Position numbers and translations under genes: made by a program. From a virus (lineage: Duplodnaviria; Caudoviricetes), in IMG/VR virus record IMGVR_UViG_3300047553_000096, positions 1 to 60,335 of that record: a DNA stretch of 60,335 nt. The stretch is one strand, 5' to 3'. Shown here in pieces: positions 9,132-18,369 of the stretch. The notes under the pieces were generated by a model. That model was not told where the DNA came from. It was given only the letters and a program-made list of their open reading frames with translations, and made no database searches. Position 1 is the stretch's first letter. The number at the start of each line of letters is the position of its first letter.

Positions 9132-10579
9132 CGCATCCCCTGCGGGGTTAGCGTTACATCTAAACCTACAGCGGCAGACCAGACCCCAGTGGGTATAGCC
9201 TTCACCCGATGATAGGTTCCCGCCGAACGTAAGCCAATCCTATTGTCGGTGTTTGCCGTATAGGTGTCGCCTGTAAAGTCGGTTTGTTGGTTAAGTCTGC
9301 GCCTGGAATTGACCTGCACAGAACAAGACCCGCCTTCAATAACAGGACGGACTAAAGTCATCACCGAAGGCATGTCGTTTAAGGCTAAATCAGGCGTGAC
9401 AATGTTTGCTGTCAAAGCAGAGCCAGAGAAGGCGACGATCTTTTCGCCTAAAGTACCTGTCAGCAAGTTAGATGTAACCGTGTATCCGAATGAGTCTAGG
9501 CTTGCTGGAAGCGCGTCTAAGCTGCCGTATGCGTCTAATTGTTCCAAGGTAAGCCCAGACGAAGAAGTTGTCGTAATGGCAGTCGAAGAAGCAATCGTGT
9601 CTACGTTGGCAATGGCATAAGACCACTTAGACAAGTTGAAGTTGTAGATCAGAAGCGCAGTCGTCTGATTAACAGTCTTAAAAGCCCAAATAACAAGGTT
9701 CTTAAGAGGGTCTACAGCAGCCGACATGGTTGCAAGTTGAGAAATATCAACCTGCGAAAAGAACCACCTATCGACCTTTTCTACGGAAATAGACTTAACT
9801 TCCTGCCCGTTAGTGACGTAAAACCCGTCGTCAGACAAAAAGAAACTCGACCCGCCATACTGGATGATCGAGTTCGGCTCAAGACAGCCAAGACCCCGTG
9901 AAATCGTATCGAACTGGAAAACAAGCGGACTACCAACATAGGACATCCGCACCACCGCGCGATCCATAAAAACAATACCATACTCACCACCAGTCAAACC
10001 CTTTACATGCCCACCGTCTGGGATGTCTTGGTAGTCAGACTGTGTGGTTGCCGATGGCGTCCAGTCTGTCTCATCACCTAACGCGCACCACTCCACGCGA
10101 TTAGGGTAGATCGTTGACCCGTTATTAAATCCTGCAACCACAAAGTCTCTAACCGTGGTTACATATCTAGACTTAGGCGCAGCAGCCCCAAGGTCTACAA
10201 AGGCCGTGGACGAACCCATGAGGTAACCCTGGAGCCTGTCACCACCGTTGGCCGCAATCACTCGATTACCAAACTGGGTAAAGCGCCACTTCTGATCTGA
10301 TGGCGTTGTATAACCACCTGCCTTAGAAACATTCGTAAGGTTGAGGTTCGTCTCTAGCTTGAATAACTTGGTATCACCACCTGAAAAAACAGTTACCGCT
10401 TCGCTAGGGGCGGCGGCAGCAACAACGGCATTCAAGACCTCAGAGGCAGCATTCGACCACTCAGAAGGCGAAGATATAGGGCCATAACCAACTTGCTGAG
10501 GAATGACGTTCTTAGCGTCTACAAGCGCACCAGCAACCCCAGGTTGATCTGGTAGCCACTCGCCAAAGTTCACTCTCAT
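9128..10579 (-). CDS. Tail nozzle / DNA stabilisation protein (P22 gp10-like)
   Basis: 483 aa with FGEWLPDQP start and GC..PNSI...FFLSDDGFY propeller-like motifs; follows the adaptor. Confidence 0.65.
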   Translation of the reverse strand: MRVNFGEWLPDQPGVAGALVDAKNVIPQQVGYGPISSPSEWSNAASEVLNAVVAAAAPSEAVTVFSGGDTKLFKLETNLNLTNVSKAGGYTTPSDQKWRFTQFGNRVIAANGGDRLQGYLMGSSTAFVDLGAAAPKSRYVTTVRDFVVAGFNNGSTIYPNRVEWCALGDETDWTPSATTQSDYQDIPDGGHVKGLTGGEYGIVFMDRAVVRMSYVGSPLVFQFDTISRGLGCLEPNSIIQYGGSSFFLSDDGFYVTNGQEVKSISVEKVDRWFFSQVDISQLATMSAAVDPLKNLVIWAFKTVNQTTALLIYNFNLSKWSYAIANVDTIASSTAITTTSSSGLTLEQLDAYGSLDALPASLDSFGYTVTSNLLTGTLGEKIVAFSGSALTANIVTPDLALNDMPSVMTLVRPVIEGGSCSVQVNSRRRLNQQTDFTGDTYTANTDNRIGLRSAGTYHRVKAIPTGVWSAAVGLDVTLTPQGMR

Positions 10580-11205
10580 CGCTTCGCTACCGTCATGGTT
10601 AGCGGCACACCTGAATACTGACTCTCTTCGTCAGACCTTGTTAGCGAGAAGATCGCGCGATCATAAAGCGTACCCCAGGTTTGTAGCCTAGGATCGTTCA
10701 TCAGGTAAGGTTCTGCTTCGCCTAATGACGCGTAGAGAAGTGCGTCCGGACAGGTCGTAAGCCAGAGATTTGACGTGTTGCCTGTAGAAAGAAACGTAGG
10801 CGCGGCGTAGTAGAGGATCTTGATCGTGTAAGTACTGTCAGGAATTGGGGCAAGTTGAATCGTAGACCCAAGGATGGTGTAGAAAGCCGGTACACCACTT
10901 TCGTTCGTCCTACCGTTCCGAATAAAGATGTTCGGCGTTGCGAACGTAATAGGGAAGTCGGGGTCAGAGTCAACGTACACATCCCTTGCTTGCAGGAAGT
11001 CGCTAGGGATGTTAATTGTCGCAACTCCACCGGTCGCCGTAACCGATGTTTGCGTAAGCATTTGCCGCAAGCGTAGATCTCTACGGAGTCGAATCTCTGC
11101 GAGTTGGATGAAGTCAGGGATCGCGGAAGTAAGATCATCTCGCGAGAGATAGTTAGCTATCGTTGTCTGTAGATCGCTGTAAGTGCTTAGGGCCATATTC
11201 GACAT
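10576..11205 (-). CDS. Head-tail adaptor protein
   Basis: YSDLQTTIANYLSRDDL..IPDFIQLAE and PDALLYASL.EAEPYL motifs. True start may be the ATG at 11196. Confidence 0.7.
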   Translation of the reverse strand: MSNMALSTYSDLQTTIANYLSRDDLTSAIPDFIQLAEIRLRRDLRLRQMLTQTSVTATGGVATINIPSDFLQARDVYVDSDPDFPITFATPNIFIRNGRTNESGVPAFYTILGSTIQLAPIPDSTYTIKILYYAAPTFLSTGNTSNLWLTTCPDALLYASLGEAEPYLMNDPRLQTWGTLYDRAIFSLTRSDEESQYSGVPLTMTVAKR

Positions 11206-11818
11206 CGCTCCACCGGTATTCGTGCGTCCCGATGTGTCCTATTTCGAGGCTCAATTCGTGATCCACGAAAGTCTTTATCCCGTGGTCTAAGGCTTTCACG
11301 CAAAAATGCACATCTTCGCCAATTAGACCACCCGCCCCCCATACTACATCAAACCAAGGCTGTGGCATAGCCTCAAACACAGACTTATGGGTTAGCACAA
11401 CCCCAAAGCCTACAGCGGTCACCTCTTCGATACCTTTTTTACCTCGACTCTCAATCTTCTCGAAGATCTCTTTATCCTCGTGAAAGTTGATCGCTGTCGG
11501 TAGAACGGGTTTACGCCTCGTGACTGCATTCACCCCGACGATCTTTTGTCCGTGTGCTAACAGTCGTTCTAACGTGTTCTTGGGGAACCTCATATCTGAG
11601 TCCACCCAAAGAATGTACTCAGCACCATCTGCTAACGCTTCTTTGGCTAACGACTCTCTCTGACTGAAGATAAGAGTCCCTGGCGCGGTATACAAGAGGA
11701 AAGACCCTCCTGTTGTCGCGCACCTATTTGCCCCGTCATACGCTGCCAGTCGAGCCATATCGAAGGCAGTCCCCGTCATCATCGTGTCCCGACATGGAAC
11801 ACAAAAGGCTACTTTCAT
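11153..11818 (-). CDS. GT-A fold glycosyltransferase-like protein
   Basis: YILWVDSDM (DxD), GFGVVL and GED.HFC motifs. Confidence 0.7.
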   Translation of the reverse strand: MKVAFCVPCRDTMMTGTAFDMARLAAYDGANRCATTGGSFLLYTAPGTLIFSQRESLAKEALADGAEYILWVDSDMRFPKNTLERLLAHGQKIVGVNAVTRRKPVLPTAINFHEDKEIFEKIESRGKKGIEEVTAVGFGVVLTHKSVFEAMPQPWFDVVWGAGGLIGEDVHFCVKALDHGIKTFVDHELSLEIGHIGTHEYRWSDVEYGPKHLQRSTDNDS

Positions 11819-12099
11819 ACTTTCCCTGGTCTAGTTCTGAAGTGTCTGTTCTCTGGGTCGTTCATCCACGCCCTGAACTTTTTTTCGTCTGCGATAGCAA
11901 AGCCTCGCATGATCCCTAGTTTGTTTAAATCGTCAATCACCGCATAAGGCAATTGCGCGTAACGTGTCCACTCACCCCAACGCTCACGTTCATCCGTTGC
12001 GTTATAAAGTGCCTTGTTCTGCTCGACAATGGCCGTTATGTCTTGAGTTCTCTCAAAGACATACTTATCGTCTGCAACGTGAAATTTAGTTTTAAGCAT
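11815..12099 (-). CDS. Conserved hypothetical protein, 94 aa
   Basis: Homolog at 45739-46026; ATGA-coupled to the next gene. Confidence 0.75.
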   Translation of the reverse strand: MLKTKFHVADDKYVFERTQDITAIVEQNKALYNATDERERWGEWTRYAQLPYAVIDDLNKLGIMRGFAIADEKKFRAWMNDPENRHFRTRPGKV

Positions 12100-12134
12100 A
12101 AAAAAAGGGAGGTTGTTACGCCTCCCTCTTTTTT
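12100..12134 (-). terminator. Rho-independent terminator after the capsid gene
   Basis: Minus strand: GGGAGG-cgtaacaa-CCTCCC then T7; A/T runs on both sides; same hairpin at 46027-46061. Confidence 0.7.
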
Positions 12135-12147
12135 ACCACAGTTTTTG

Positions 12148-13104
12148 TTACGCTGTCTTGAGGTCAGCCAGGATACCGTGGGCAGCCTCGTTACGCATTT
12201 CCATCGTGAACTCAGCAAGGATCTGAGTTTTCTCCGAGTCACCAGTCTTGGCAAGCTCGTTGGTCTGGAAGGGGCGAAGATAACCGATTGCTGCATACTC
12301 AGGATCAAGAATGAACGCATCACGGCTACGCACGAAACGATCAGGGACTACAGAGATCGATCCGAAGTCGCTCAGGTATACATCCGCTGCGCCGATGATG
12401 GTCGTCGGTGCGTCAGAAGGAGCCATGTAGCGCTGTGCTGCAATACCAGCAAAGGCCGAAACGGTCTGCTTGAGTGCAGGGCCAACCACGAGGATCTTGG
12501 GGCTGCCGCCAGAGGTGTAAACCTGCTGAACGCCATCCTTGAGGATTGCCTCGGTGAAGGTGCGAGTCGTGCCATCCGAACGAGTCGAAACGCCGATGGT
12601 GGTTGGGTTAGCGCCGTCAGTCGTGTTGTAGTTCGAGTTTGTCTTGAGCCAAGACAAAAGCGAACCCATCTTGCGAGCCGTGGACGAGTTACCTGCGCTA
12701 CGTCCCTGGTTAGCAGCAATGATCGTTTCCTGATCTCGCTTGAGCTCCTGCGAAGCCTTAGAAAGTTGGTAGGCTTTCTCAGCGCGACGTCCTGCAAGGT
12801 CAACTGCCATCATCGTGCCTGACACTTGGATCGTCTTGGAAACGATCTGTGTGTAGTTACCGAGACGGGTTGTCGGGCTAATGGTTGCTGCCGTTGCGTC
12901 GTCACCTTCAACTTGTGCGTTGTTGGTCGTTGCTGCGGCAAGGGTATCCGTCTGCCACTCGTGGTACACAGCAGTTGCTTTGGTACGAGCAAGCGAAGAA
13001 AGGATGGGCGTTTCGGTCGGGCTGATGTTGTAAATAACATCGGTTAGATCTTCACGCTGACCGATAGCCGTGAAGGTCTGGAATGTACCTGAAGGAACAG
13101 TCAT
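12148..13104 (-). CDS. Major capsid protein (SU10/DUF5309-like)
   Basis: REDLTDVIYNISPTETP, HEWQTD, GNYTQI, ELKRDQE, LAKTGDS motifs; follows the scaffold. Confidence 0.85.
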   Translation of the reverse strand: MTVPSGTFQTFTAIGQREDLTDVIYNISPTETPILSSLARTKATAVYHEWQTDTLAAATTNNAQVEGDDATAATISPTTRLGNYTQIVSKTIQVSGTMMAVDLAGRRAEKAYQLSKASQELKRDQETIIAANQGRSAGNSSTARKMGSLLSWLKTNSNYNTTDGANPTTIGVSTRSDGTTRTFTEAILKDGVQQVYTSGGSPKILVVGPALKQTVSAFAGIAAQRYMAPSDAPTTIIGAADVYLSDFGSISVVPDRFVRSRDAFILDPEYAAIGYLRPFQTNELAKTGDSEKTQILAEFTMEMRNEAAHGILADLKTA

Positions 13105-13117
13105 TTCAAACTCCTAA

Positions 13118-14053
13118 TTACAAAAATCTTTCAAAAACCCTTGCAGCGTCTTGTCGAGAGCCAGTCTTTCTAAGTCGCGCAAGATCCTGTTTTGCCGCTT
13201 CTGTTGCTATGGTCTTACCCGTGGCATTACCAGCCTTTAGCATCTTGGGAGCCTCTGCAACCTTCTTGGTTACACCAGGCTTGGCCTTTTGCAATTTCTG
13301 GTACTGACTTGCCATCCACAACGTCAACACAGCGCGAGAGTCTGTTGCATTTGATAACTCTGCATCCGAGTAACCAATACTCTTTGCAAAGCTACGAAGT
13401 TCAGAGCGAACCTTCTCACCCTTTTCGGGGTGCGCGTACTCAGGGATCGCCTCGGCTACCCTTTTCGCTTCTTCGGCTAAGTGCTTCTCAAGATGCGCCT
13501 CACGCTCTGCCTGTTGCTCTCTTGCAATGCGTTGCTGTTCAGCACGAATCTGTTGAATCTGCTCTTTTTGCCTAGTCTGCTCTGCGACCTTGACCGCATA
13601 CGCAATCGGGTCGGTTTCCTTCAAACTTTCAATATCCTCGCCACGCATTTGTTGGCTTAGGAACTGATCCATAGCCTGCAAACGCTGAGAATATGCGTCT
13701 CTCGCCTGCTTTGCTTGCTCTACAGCGGCCTTTTCAGCCTCTACAGCCTTACGCTGCTCGGCAAGCGCGTTAGTCTTTTTATGGTAATCCGTACCCTTTT
13801 GGTAGCCCTCGATAAGTTCTGAGAGGGTCACTTCACGCTCTTCACCCGCGGCTTTCACCGTAAAGCGTGGTTCCTCTTCCTGAACTTCCTCTGCTGCTTC
13901 CTCATATTCGGATTCACTGGCCGCAACCTCTTGTTCTTCCGATTGGTCTTGAACTTGCTCCGGAGGAGGTTCGCCACCATTCATTAGACCCAAGAAGGCA
14001 TCTGCTGCCTGTCCCACTGTTAAGCTAGTCCCTTGCGGGTTGCTGCTTGCCAT
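13118..14053 (-). CDS. Capsid scaffolding protein
   Basis: Acidic N-terminus, VK..GEE.EVTL.EL..GY...DY.KKT motif, coiled coil, directly upstream of the capsid gene. Confidence 0.8.
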   Translation of the reverse strand: MASSNPQGTSLTVGQAADAFLGLMNGGEPPPEQVQDQSEEQEVAASESEYEEAAEEVQEEEPRFTVKAAGEEREVTLSELIEGYQKGTDYHKKTNALAEQRKAVEAEKAAVEQAKQARDAYSQRLQAMDQFLSQQMRGEDIESLKETDPIAYAVKVAEQTRQKEQIQQIRAEQQRIAREQQAEREAHLEKHLAEEAKRVAEAIPEYAHPEKGEKVRSELRSFAKSIGYSDAELSNATDSRAVLTLWMASQYQKLQKAKPGVTKKVAEAPKMLKAGNATGKTIATEAAKQDLARLRKTGSRQDAARVFERFL

Positions 14054-14063
14054 ACACTAACCT

Positions 14064-14300
14064 CTACTTAAAAATCTTAAATCGTCTCTTCACTATCTCG
14101 CCTTCGGCGGCAACAGATTCAAGACGCGCCTTAACCTGACGCACTGCGCGAATTGCCACGTATGACTCTTCGCGTAAGTCAATGTCGTCAGGATTACTAT
14201 TGATGATACGCTCGATGTTGTCTTTTTCCAACTCATCGAAGATTTCCGTCAGAAACTCATCACCAAGTAATGCTTTTGCTCGTTCCCATCGTTGTGTCAT
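14064..14300 (-). CDS. Conserved small protein upstream of scaffold
   Basis: 78 aa; homolog at 47998-48228. Confidence 0.7.
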   Translation of the reverse strand: MTQRWERAKALLGDEFLTEIFDELEKDNIERIINSNPDDIDLREESYVAIRAVRQVKARLESVAAEGEIVKRRFKIFK

Positions 14301-16399
14301 AGCAGGCTCTTTAGTTTGTTTTTAGGCATTCTTGCTTCATTAAGTGCTTCTAAGAAGTCCTCACCGTACTTGTTTACCGCTTTCCTACGAATGACATATT
14401 CGCCGCGCTGTAGCTTGGCGTAGCCTTCGTCTGGCCCGTCTGGGTTAGGCCCAAGCAACGATCGAATCTTTCCGCCTTTCTCGTAACCAACCTCACCATC
14501 TGGCTTTTCTTCGTAGTCTGTAAAGCCTACGATCTTGCCGCCCATCGCTCCGCCTTGGGATACGTTGGCATCTTGCGCGGCTTGCTGTTGAGCTTGTTGC
14601 GCCGCCTGCTCTGCTAACTGAGTATTGGTTTTCGCCCAATCGTAGTTTTTAAGTAAACCGGTTTGATTGAAGTAACCAGGCTGAAACTGTTGCACTTGAG
14701 ATACGGCAGGTTGAACGCCAAACTCTAGCGTCATGGGGCGAAGGTTTGTGTAGCCAGCAGCGCCGGACTGAAACTGAAAGGGAACTTCTGGGGTTGGCGT
14801 TGTCTTGTAAAAGAACCCCGATGTTGGCGCAGCAAGGCTTGTTTGACCGCCACCCGTTTGAAACGGCACAAAGTTAGTCGATGGAAGGTTAAACGTCGGA
14901 GGCATGTAGCGACTAGGATCAAACGTGCTAGGCGTTGTTGGCGTAGTTGCGGTTTGCCCCAACCCCATTTGGATAGATGACTGAACGTCTGCCTCTGGCA
15001 CACCCATAGACCGCAGCATGTCTGCTGTGATCTTGTTCTGATTGAACCAAGCGATCTTTTGTGCGCCCGTGTAAACATTCCAGTCGCTCGGAAGAGTCAT
15101 ACCGGCAGGCAGCTTCCATGTCGGAGGCGCTGCCGTACCGGTTTGTCCTAGCCCGTAAGAGATAGCCTGCTGAATATCAAACTCAGGAACATTGTACTGC
15201 CTGAGCATGTCAGCAGTTATCCCCTTGGAGTTGAACCAGTTAACTTTGTCTTGGCCTGTGTAGTATTGCCATTCAGGAGGTAGGCCTAAACCAAGCTGTC
15301 CAGCCATTAGCGTTACAGCATCCTGAGAAGGATTACGCACCTCGGCAGTAGGAGCGTCTTGCAAGCCAAGAGCCGCGAATGCTTCGTCTGTTGCGTTAGT
15401 TGGGTCTACGTTCCTGATGTAGTTGCGTAGTTCAGCCTTAGACCTACCGGATGCAAGAAGCTGTTGGATGTAGCCTTGTTTTGTGGCTAAAGGTGCTGCG
15501 GTATTCCATTGCACTCCAAATACATCGTAAGTTGGAGGCGGCGGTGGCGTAACAGGTTGGCTAGTAGGTATGCCAAGCAAGTCATAAACAGTTTGATTTG
15601 CGTTAGTTGGATCTAACTCCGCAATCTTTGATTTGATTTGATCTGGTGTGATGCCAGCAGTTAATAGAGACTGAATGTAGCTCTGTTTAGTTGCGAGCGA
15701 GGAATTTGGATCCCATTCCAACCCAAAGACATTGTAGGTTGTAGCCATAGGTGTGCTCACATTGTTAACGGGTTCTAGCGGGAATGCTTGCGGTGGTGGA
15801 GTGACCGTAGGTGTTTCGACAACAGGCGGCGTTACCGGAGGAGGCGTTACAACCGGCGGCGGCTCCTCGATAGGAGGAACATACGGAGGTGGGTTTGGTA
15901 TGCCTAATAAATCGTAATTGGCCTGCGTTGCACTTGCCGGATCTAGCTCGGCAATCTTTGCCTTGATCTGATCTGGCGTAATACCTGCTGTTAGCAAAGA
16001 GCTAACATAGCCTTGTTTAGTGGCTAACGACGAACCAGAGTCCCAGTTAAGACCGAATACGTTGTAAACAGGCGCAGGTGGCGGCGCAGGTGGCGGTGGA
16101 GGCACATACGGAGGAGGTTCGTAGACAGGTTCTGGTTCGTAATAAACAGGTTCGTTCTGTATAGGGGCCGGAGGTACATACACAGGCTCCGGAGGCACAT
16201 AAACCGGAGGTGGGGGTACATACGGAGGCGGCTCTGGAGGCGGAGCGTACCCGTTGTCAAGCATCCAATTGATTGAATCGGTATCAACGCCAGCATTGAG
16301 TAATTCAGTCGTTGAGACATTATTAGCGTTGAACCACGCAATCTTTTGCGCTGCGTCGTAGCTATCCCATCCAGCCGGTAGTTCGTCAACTAAAGCCAT
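14297..16399 (-). CDS. Pro-rich multi-repeat protein, 700 aa, function unknown
   Basis: Two repeat families joined by Pro linkers; C-terminus shared with 48225-49841. Confidence 0.75.
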   Translation of the reverse strand: MALVDELPAGWDSYDAAQKIAWFNANNVSTTELLNAGVDTDSINWMLDNGYAPPPEPPPYVPPPPVYVPPEPVYVPPAPIQNEPVYYEPEPVYEPPPYVPPPPPAPPPAPVYNVFGLNWDSGSSLATKQGYVSSLLTAGITPDQIKAKIAELDPASATQANYDLLGIPNPPPYVPPIEEPPPVVTPPPVTPPVVETPTVTPPPQAFPLEPVNNVSTPMATTYNVFGLEWDPNSSLATKQSYIQSLLTAGITPDQIKSKIAELDPTNANQTVYDLLGIPTSQPVTPPPPPTYDVFGVQWNTAAPLATKQGYIQQLLASGRSKAELRNYIRNVDPTNATDEAFAALGLQDAPTAEVRNPSQDAVTLMAGQLGLGLPPEWQYYTGQDKVNWFNSKGITADMLRQYNVPEFDIQQAISYGLGQTGTAAPPTWKLPAGMTLPSDWNVYTGAQKIAWFNQNKITADMLRSMGVPEADVQSSIQMGLGQTATTPTTPSTFDPSRYMPPTFNLPSTNFVPFQTGGGQTSLAAPTSGFFYKTTPTPEVPFQFQSGAAGYTNLRPMTLEFGVQPAVSQVQQFQPGYFNQTGLLKNYDWAKTNTQLAEQAAQQAQQQAAQDANVSQGGAMGGKIVGFTDYEEKPDGEVGYEKGGKIRSLLGPNPDGPDEGYAKLQRGEYVIRRKAVNKYGEDFLEALNEARMPKNKLKSLL

Positions 16400-16401
16400 G
16401 A

Positions 16402-18369
16402 TTACCCTGGTATCTCGATGTTAGACGTAATGCCTGCGCCGACTTTCATAGCCTTCATCTGCGCTTCTGCCTCGAACTCCATGCGCTTGAGTTCTAACTC
16501 GGCTAGAGCCTTCTCTCTTGCAAGCTGAATGTCTGCCATAGCCTTTTGACGCTTGATCTCAATATCCGCTTGAGCCTGAGCCATCATCATTTGTACGGCA
16601 GGGTCTGGGCCTTGTTGCTGAGGTTGTGCAAGTGCAGCATCAACCTCCGGTGTTACTTGCTTGAAGAACTCAGCCGAGTCTGCAAAGCCTGCTGCCTCAA
16701 TCAACTTTCCGAGCGTCCCTCGATATTGCGAGACAGACACTAAAGGATTGTTCGGGCCGTACGCTTGAATGATCTGCTCTTGTTTTGCAAGAACCATTGA
16801 GAGCATCGCCATCTTTTGCTCGATGTTCCCCGTACCAAGTCCGACATTCACTGATACATCGTACTGGTTCGACCACTCTCGCGGGTCGTACTGAACATAC
16901 TGGCCGCGCATCCGAATGATGACTGCTTTGTCCTGGTACTTGCATAGGAGGTGCAAGAGTCCTTTGAATAAGTCTTTTACACCCGTTTCAGAGAAGATCC
17001 TAGCGACTAACTCGATCTTGCCTTGCGAGGCTTGCGTAAGGGCTGCTATGGCCGCAGCAGTAACATTCTGTAGGATGTTGGGGTCTAACCCTTGGGAAGC
17101 CTCTGTAACGCCCGTACGCTTGGCTTGGATTGAGTCCAGGTACTCCATGAACGGGAATACCTGCTGCGCAACAGGATTGACCTGGATAGGCACAAGTGCA
17201 CCAGGGTTCTTCATCCTGACCACGCCACCAGGCGTAACGCTCAAGAGATCATCGAGGTTGACCTGGCCTTCGACTGCTCCCATGCGGGAGTTGTTCTGCA
17301 AGTACAGGTTATCAAGCATCTGCCTCGTTAGAGTAGTCTTGATAAGCTGGAGATCAACTGTACGATCAGCAGGGCAATCCCCAAAGAAGCGATGAGGTAT
17401 CGGAATAGGGCAGAGGGTGTAAAACGGCACATAGTCGGTTTCCTCATTACTTAGGATTTCATTCCCCGAAAAGTGAACCCGTCTTAGTTCTGCAATCCCA
17501 TCTCCGTCGTAGTCAGTCTTTAGGTAGCACTCAAACACTTCAACCGTCTGCATGGACTTGTCGAGACTTGGCTCCATGTAAGGCTGCTCGTCTCGGTTGT
17601 ACCTTGCAATGTACTCAGCAGAAAACTCAAGATCGTTGTAGACCGGTAGATTCATCACGATCTCGGCATCAAACCCCATCGCAACTAAATCAGACCTTGT
17701 GATGAGTTTTCTGTGCGCGACAAAGGGTGTCTCTCTGACCGTCTTGCCTGCCTTAGAGATCAAGAACTCTTCGGGAGGCACATTCTCGATCTTGATCTTT
17801 CCGGCCTTAGTCTTACGCATGAGTGCGACGTTATGAACGCGCATCATTTGGCCATCAATATCTTGCTCAACCGTCTCTTGCGCTGCGATCTCCATCGTGC
17901 CATCAGACATGATGAGAGCTAATTCGTCGTCGGTAAGGTTCGCGTACTGCTCTTTAGTAACCGAGATCGAGTCATCCCAGTAGGCTTTGATAACCCCGAC
18001 CTTTTGAAGGATCGCGTCCTTAAACCAGTCGTGCATGATCGAGATGCCTGGGTTCTGCTTCATGAGCACCCAGTTTGTGTACTCGGTTGCTTGTTGGGCT
18101 AATGGCTCATCGCCTGGGCCTACAGGCTCAAATACACCGATCTGGTCAGCAGAAGTAAAAAGACGCATAAGAGGCGGCAGCATCCCGTCTACCGCTTCTG
18201 CAACCTCTCCGGTTACGATCTGGCTGCGACCCTCTACCTCGTTACCGTAGGGGTCACGCATGTAGGCCGTGAGCGCGTTCTTACGCTGCTCAACCGTCTC
18301 GGTCTCTAAGAAACCTATCGCGTTATCAATCTCACCTTGGAGAATCGCCTTTAATCGTCCGTCATCCAT
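16402..18369 (-). CDS. Portal protein
   Basis: 655 aa directly after TerL; NEVEGRSQIV, WFKDAILQKVG, ENVPPEEFLI motifs; Gln/Ala-rich barrel tail. Confidence 0.85.
   Translation of the reverse strand: MDDGRLKAILQGEIDNAIGFLETETVEQRKNALTAYMRDPYGNEVEGRSQIVTGEVAEAVDGMLPPLMRLFTSADQIGVFEPVGPGDEPLAQQATEYTNWVLMKQNPGISIMHDWFKDAILQKVGVIKAYWDDSISVTKEQYANLTDDELALIMSDGTMEIAAQETVEQDIDGQMMRVHNVALMRKTKAGKIKIENVPPEEFLISKAGKTVRETPFVAHRKLITRSDLVAMGFDAEIVMNLPVYNDLEFSAEYIARYNRDEQPYMEPSLDKSMQTVEVFECYLKTDYDGDGIAELRRVHFSGNEILSNEETDYVPFYTLCPIPIPHRFFGDCPADRTVDLQLIKTTLTRQMLDNLYLQNNSRMGAVEGQVNLDDLLSVTPGGVVRMKNPGALVPIQVNPVAQQVFPFMEYLDSIQAKRTGVTEASQGLDPNILQNVTAAAIAALTQASQGKIELVARIFSETGVKDLFKGLLHLLCKYQDKAVIIRMRGQYVQYDPREWSNQYDVSVNVGLGTGNIEQKMAMLSMVLAKQEQIIQAYGPNNPLVSVSQYRGTLGKLIEAAGFADSAEFFKQVTPEVDAALAQPQQQGPDPAVQMMMAQAQADIEIKRQKAMADIQLAREKALAELELKRMEFEAEAQMKAMKVGAGITSNIEIPG

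Noticed and set aside
14297-14500. Tape measure protein, based on the GEYVI motif
   Set aside because: Wrong position, Pro-rich body, and the tail module is podovirus-like with no tube gene.
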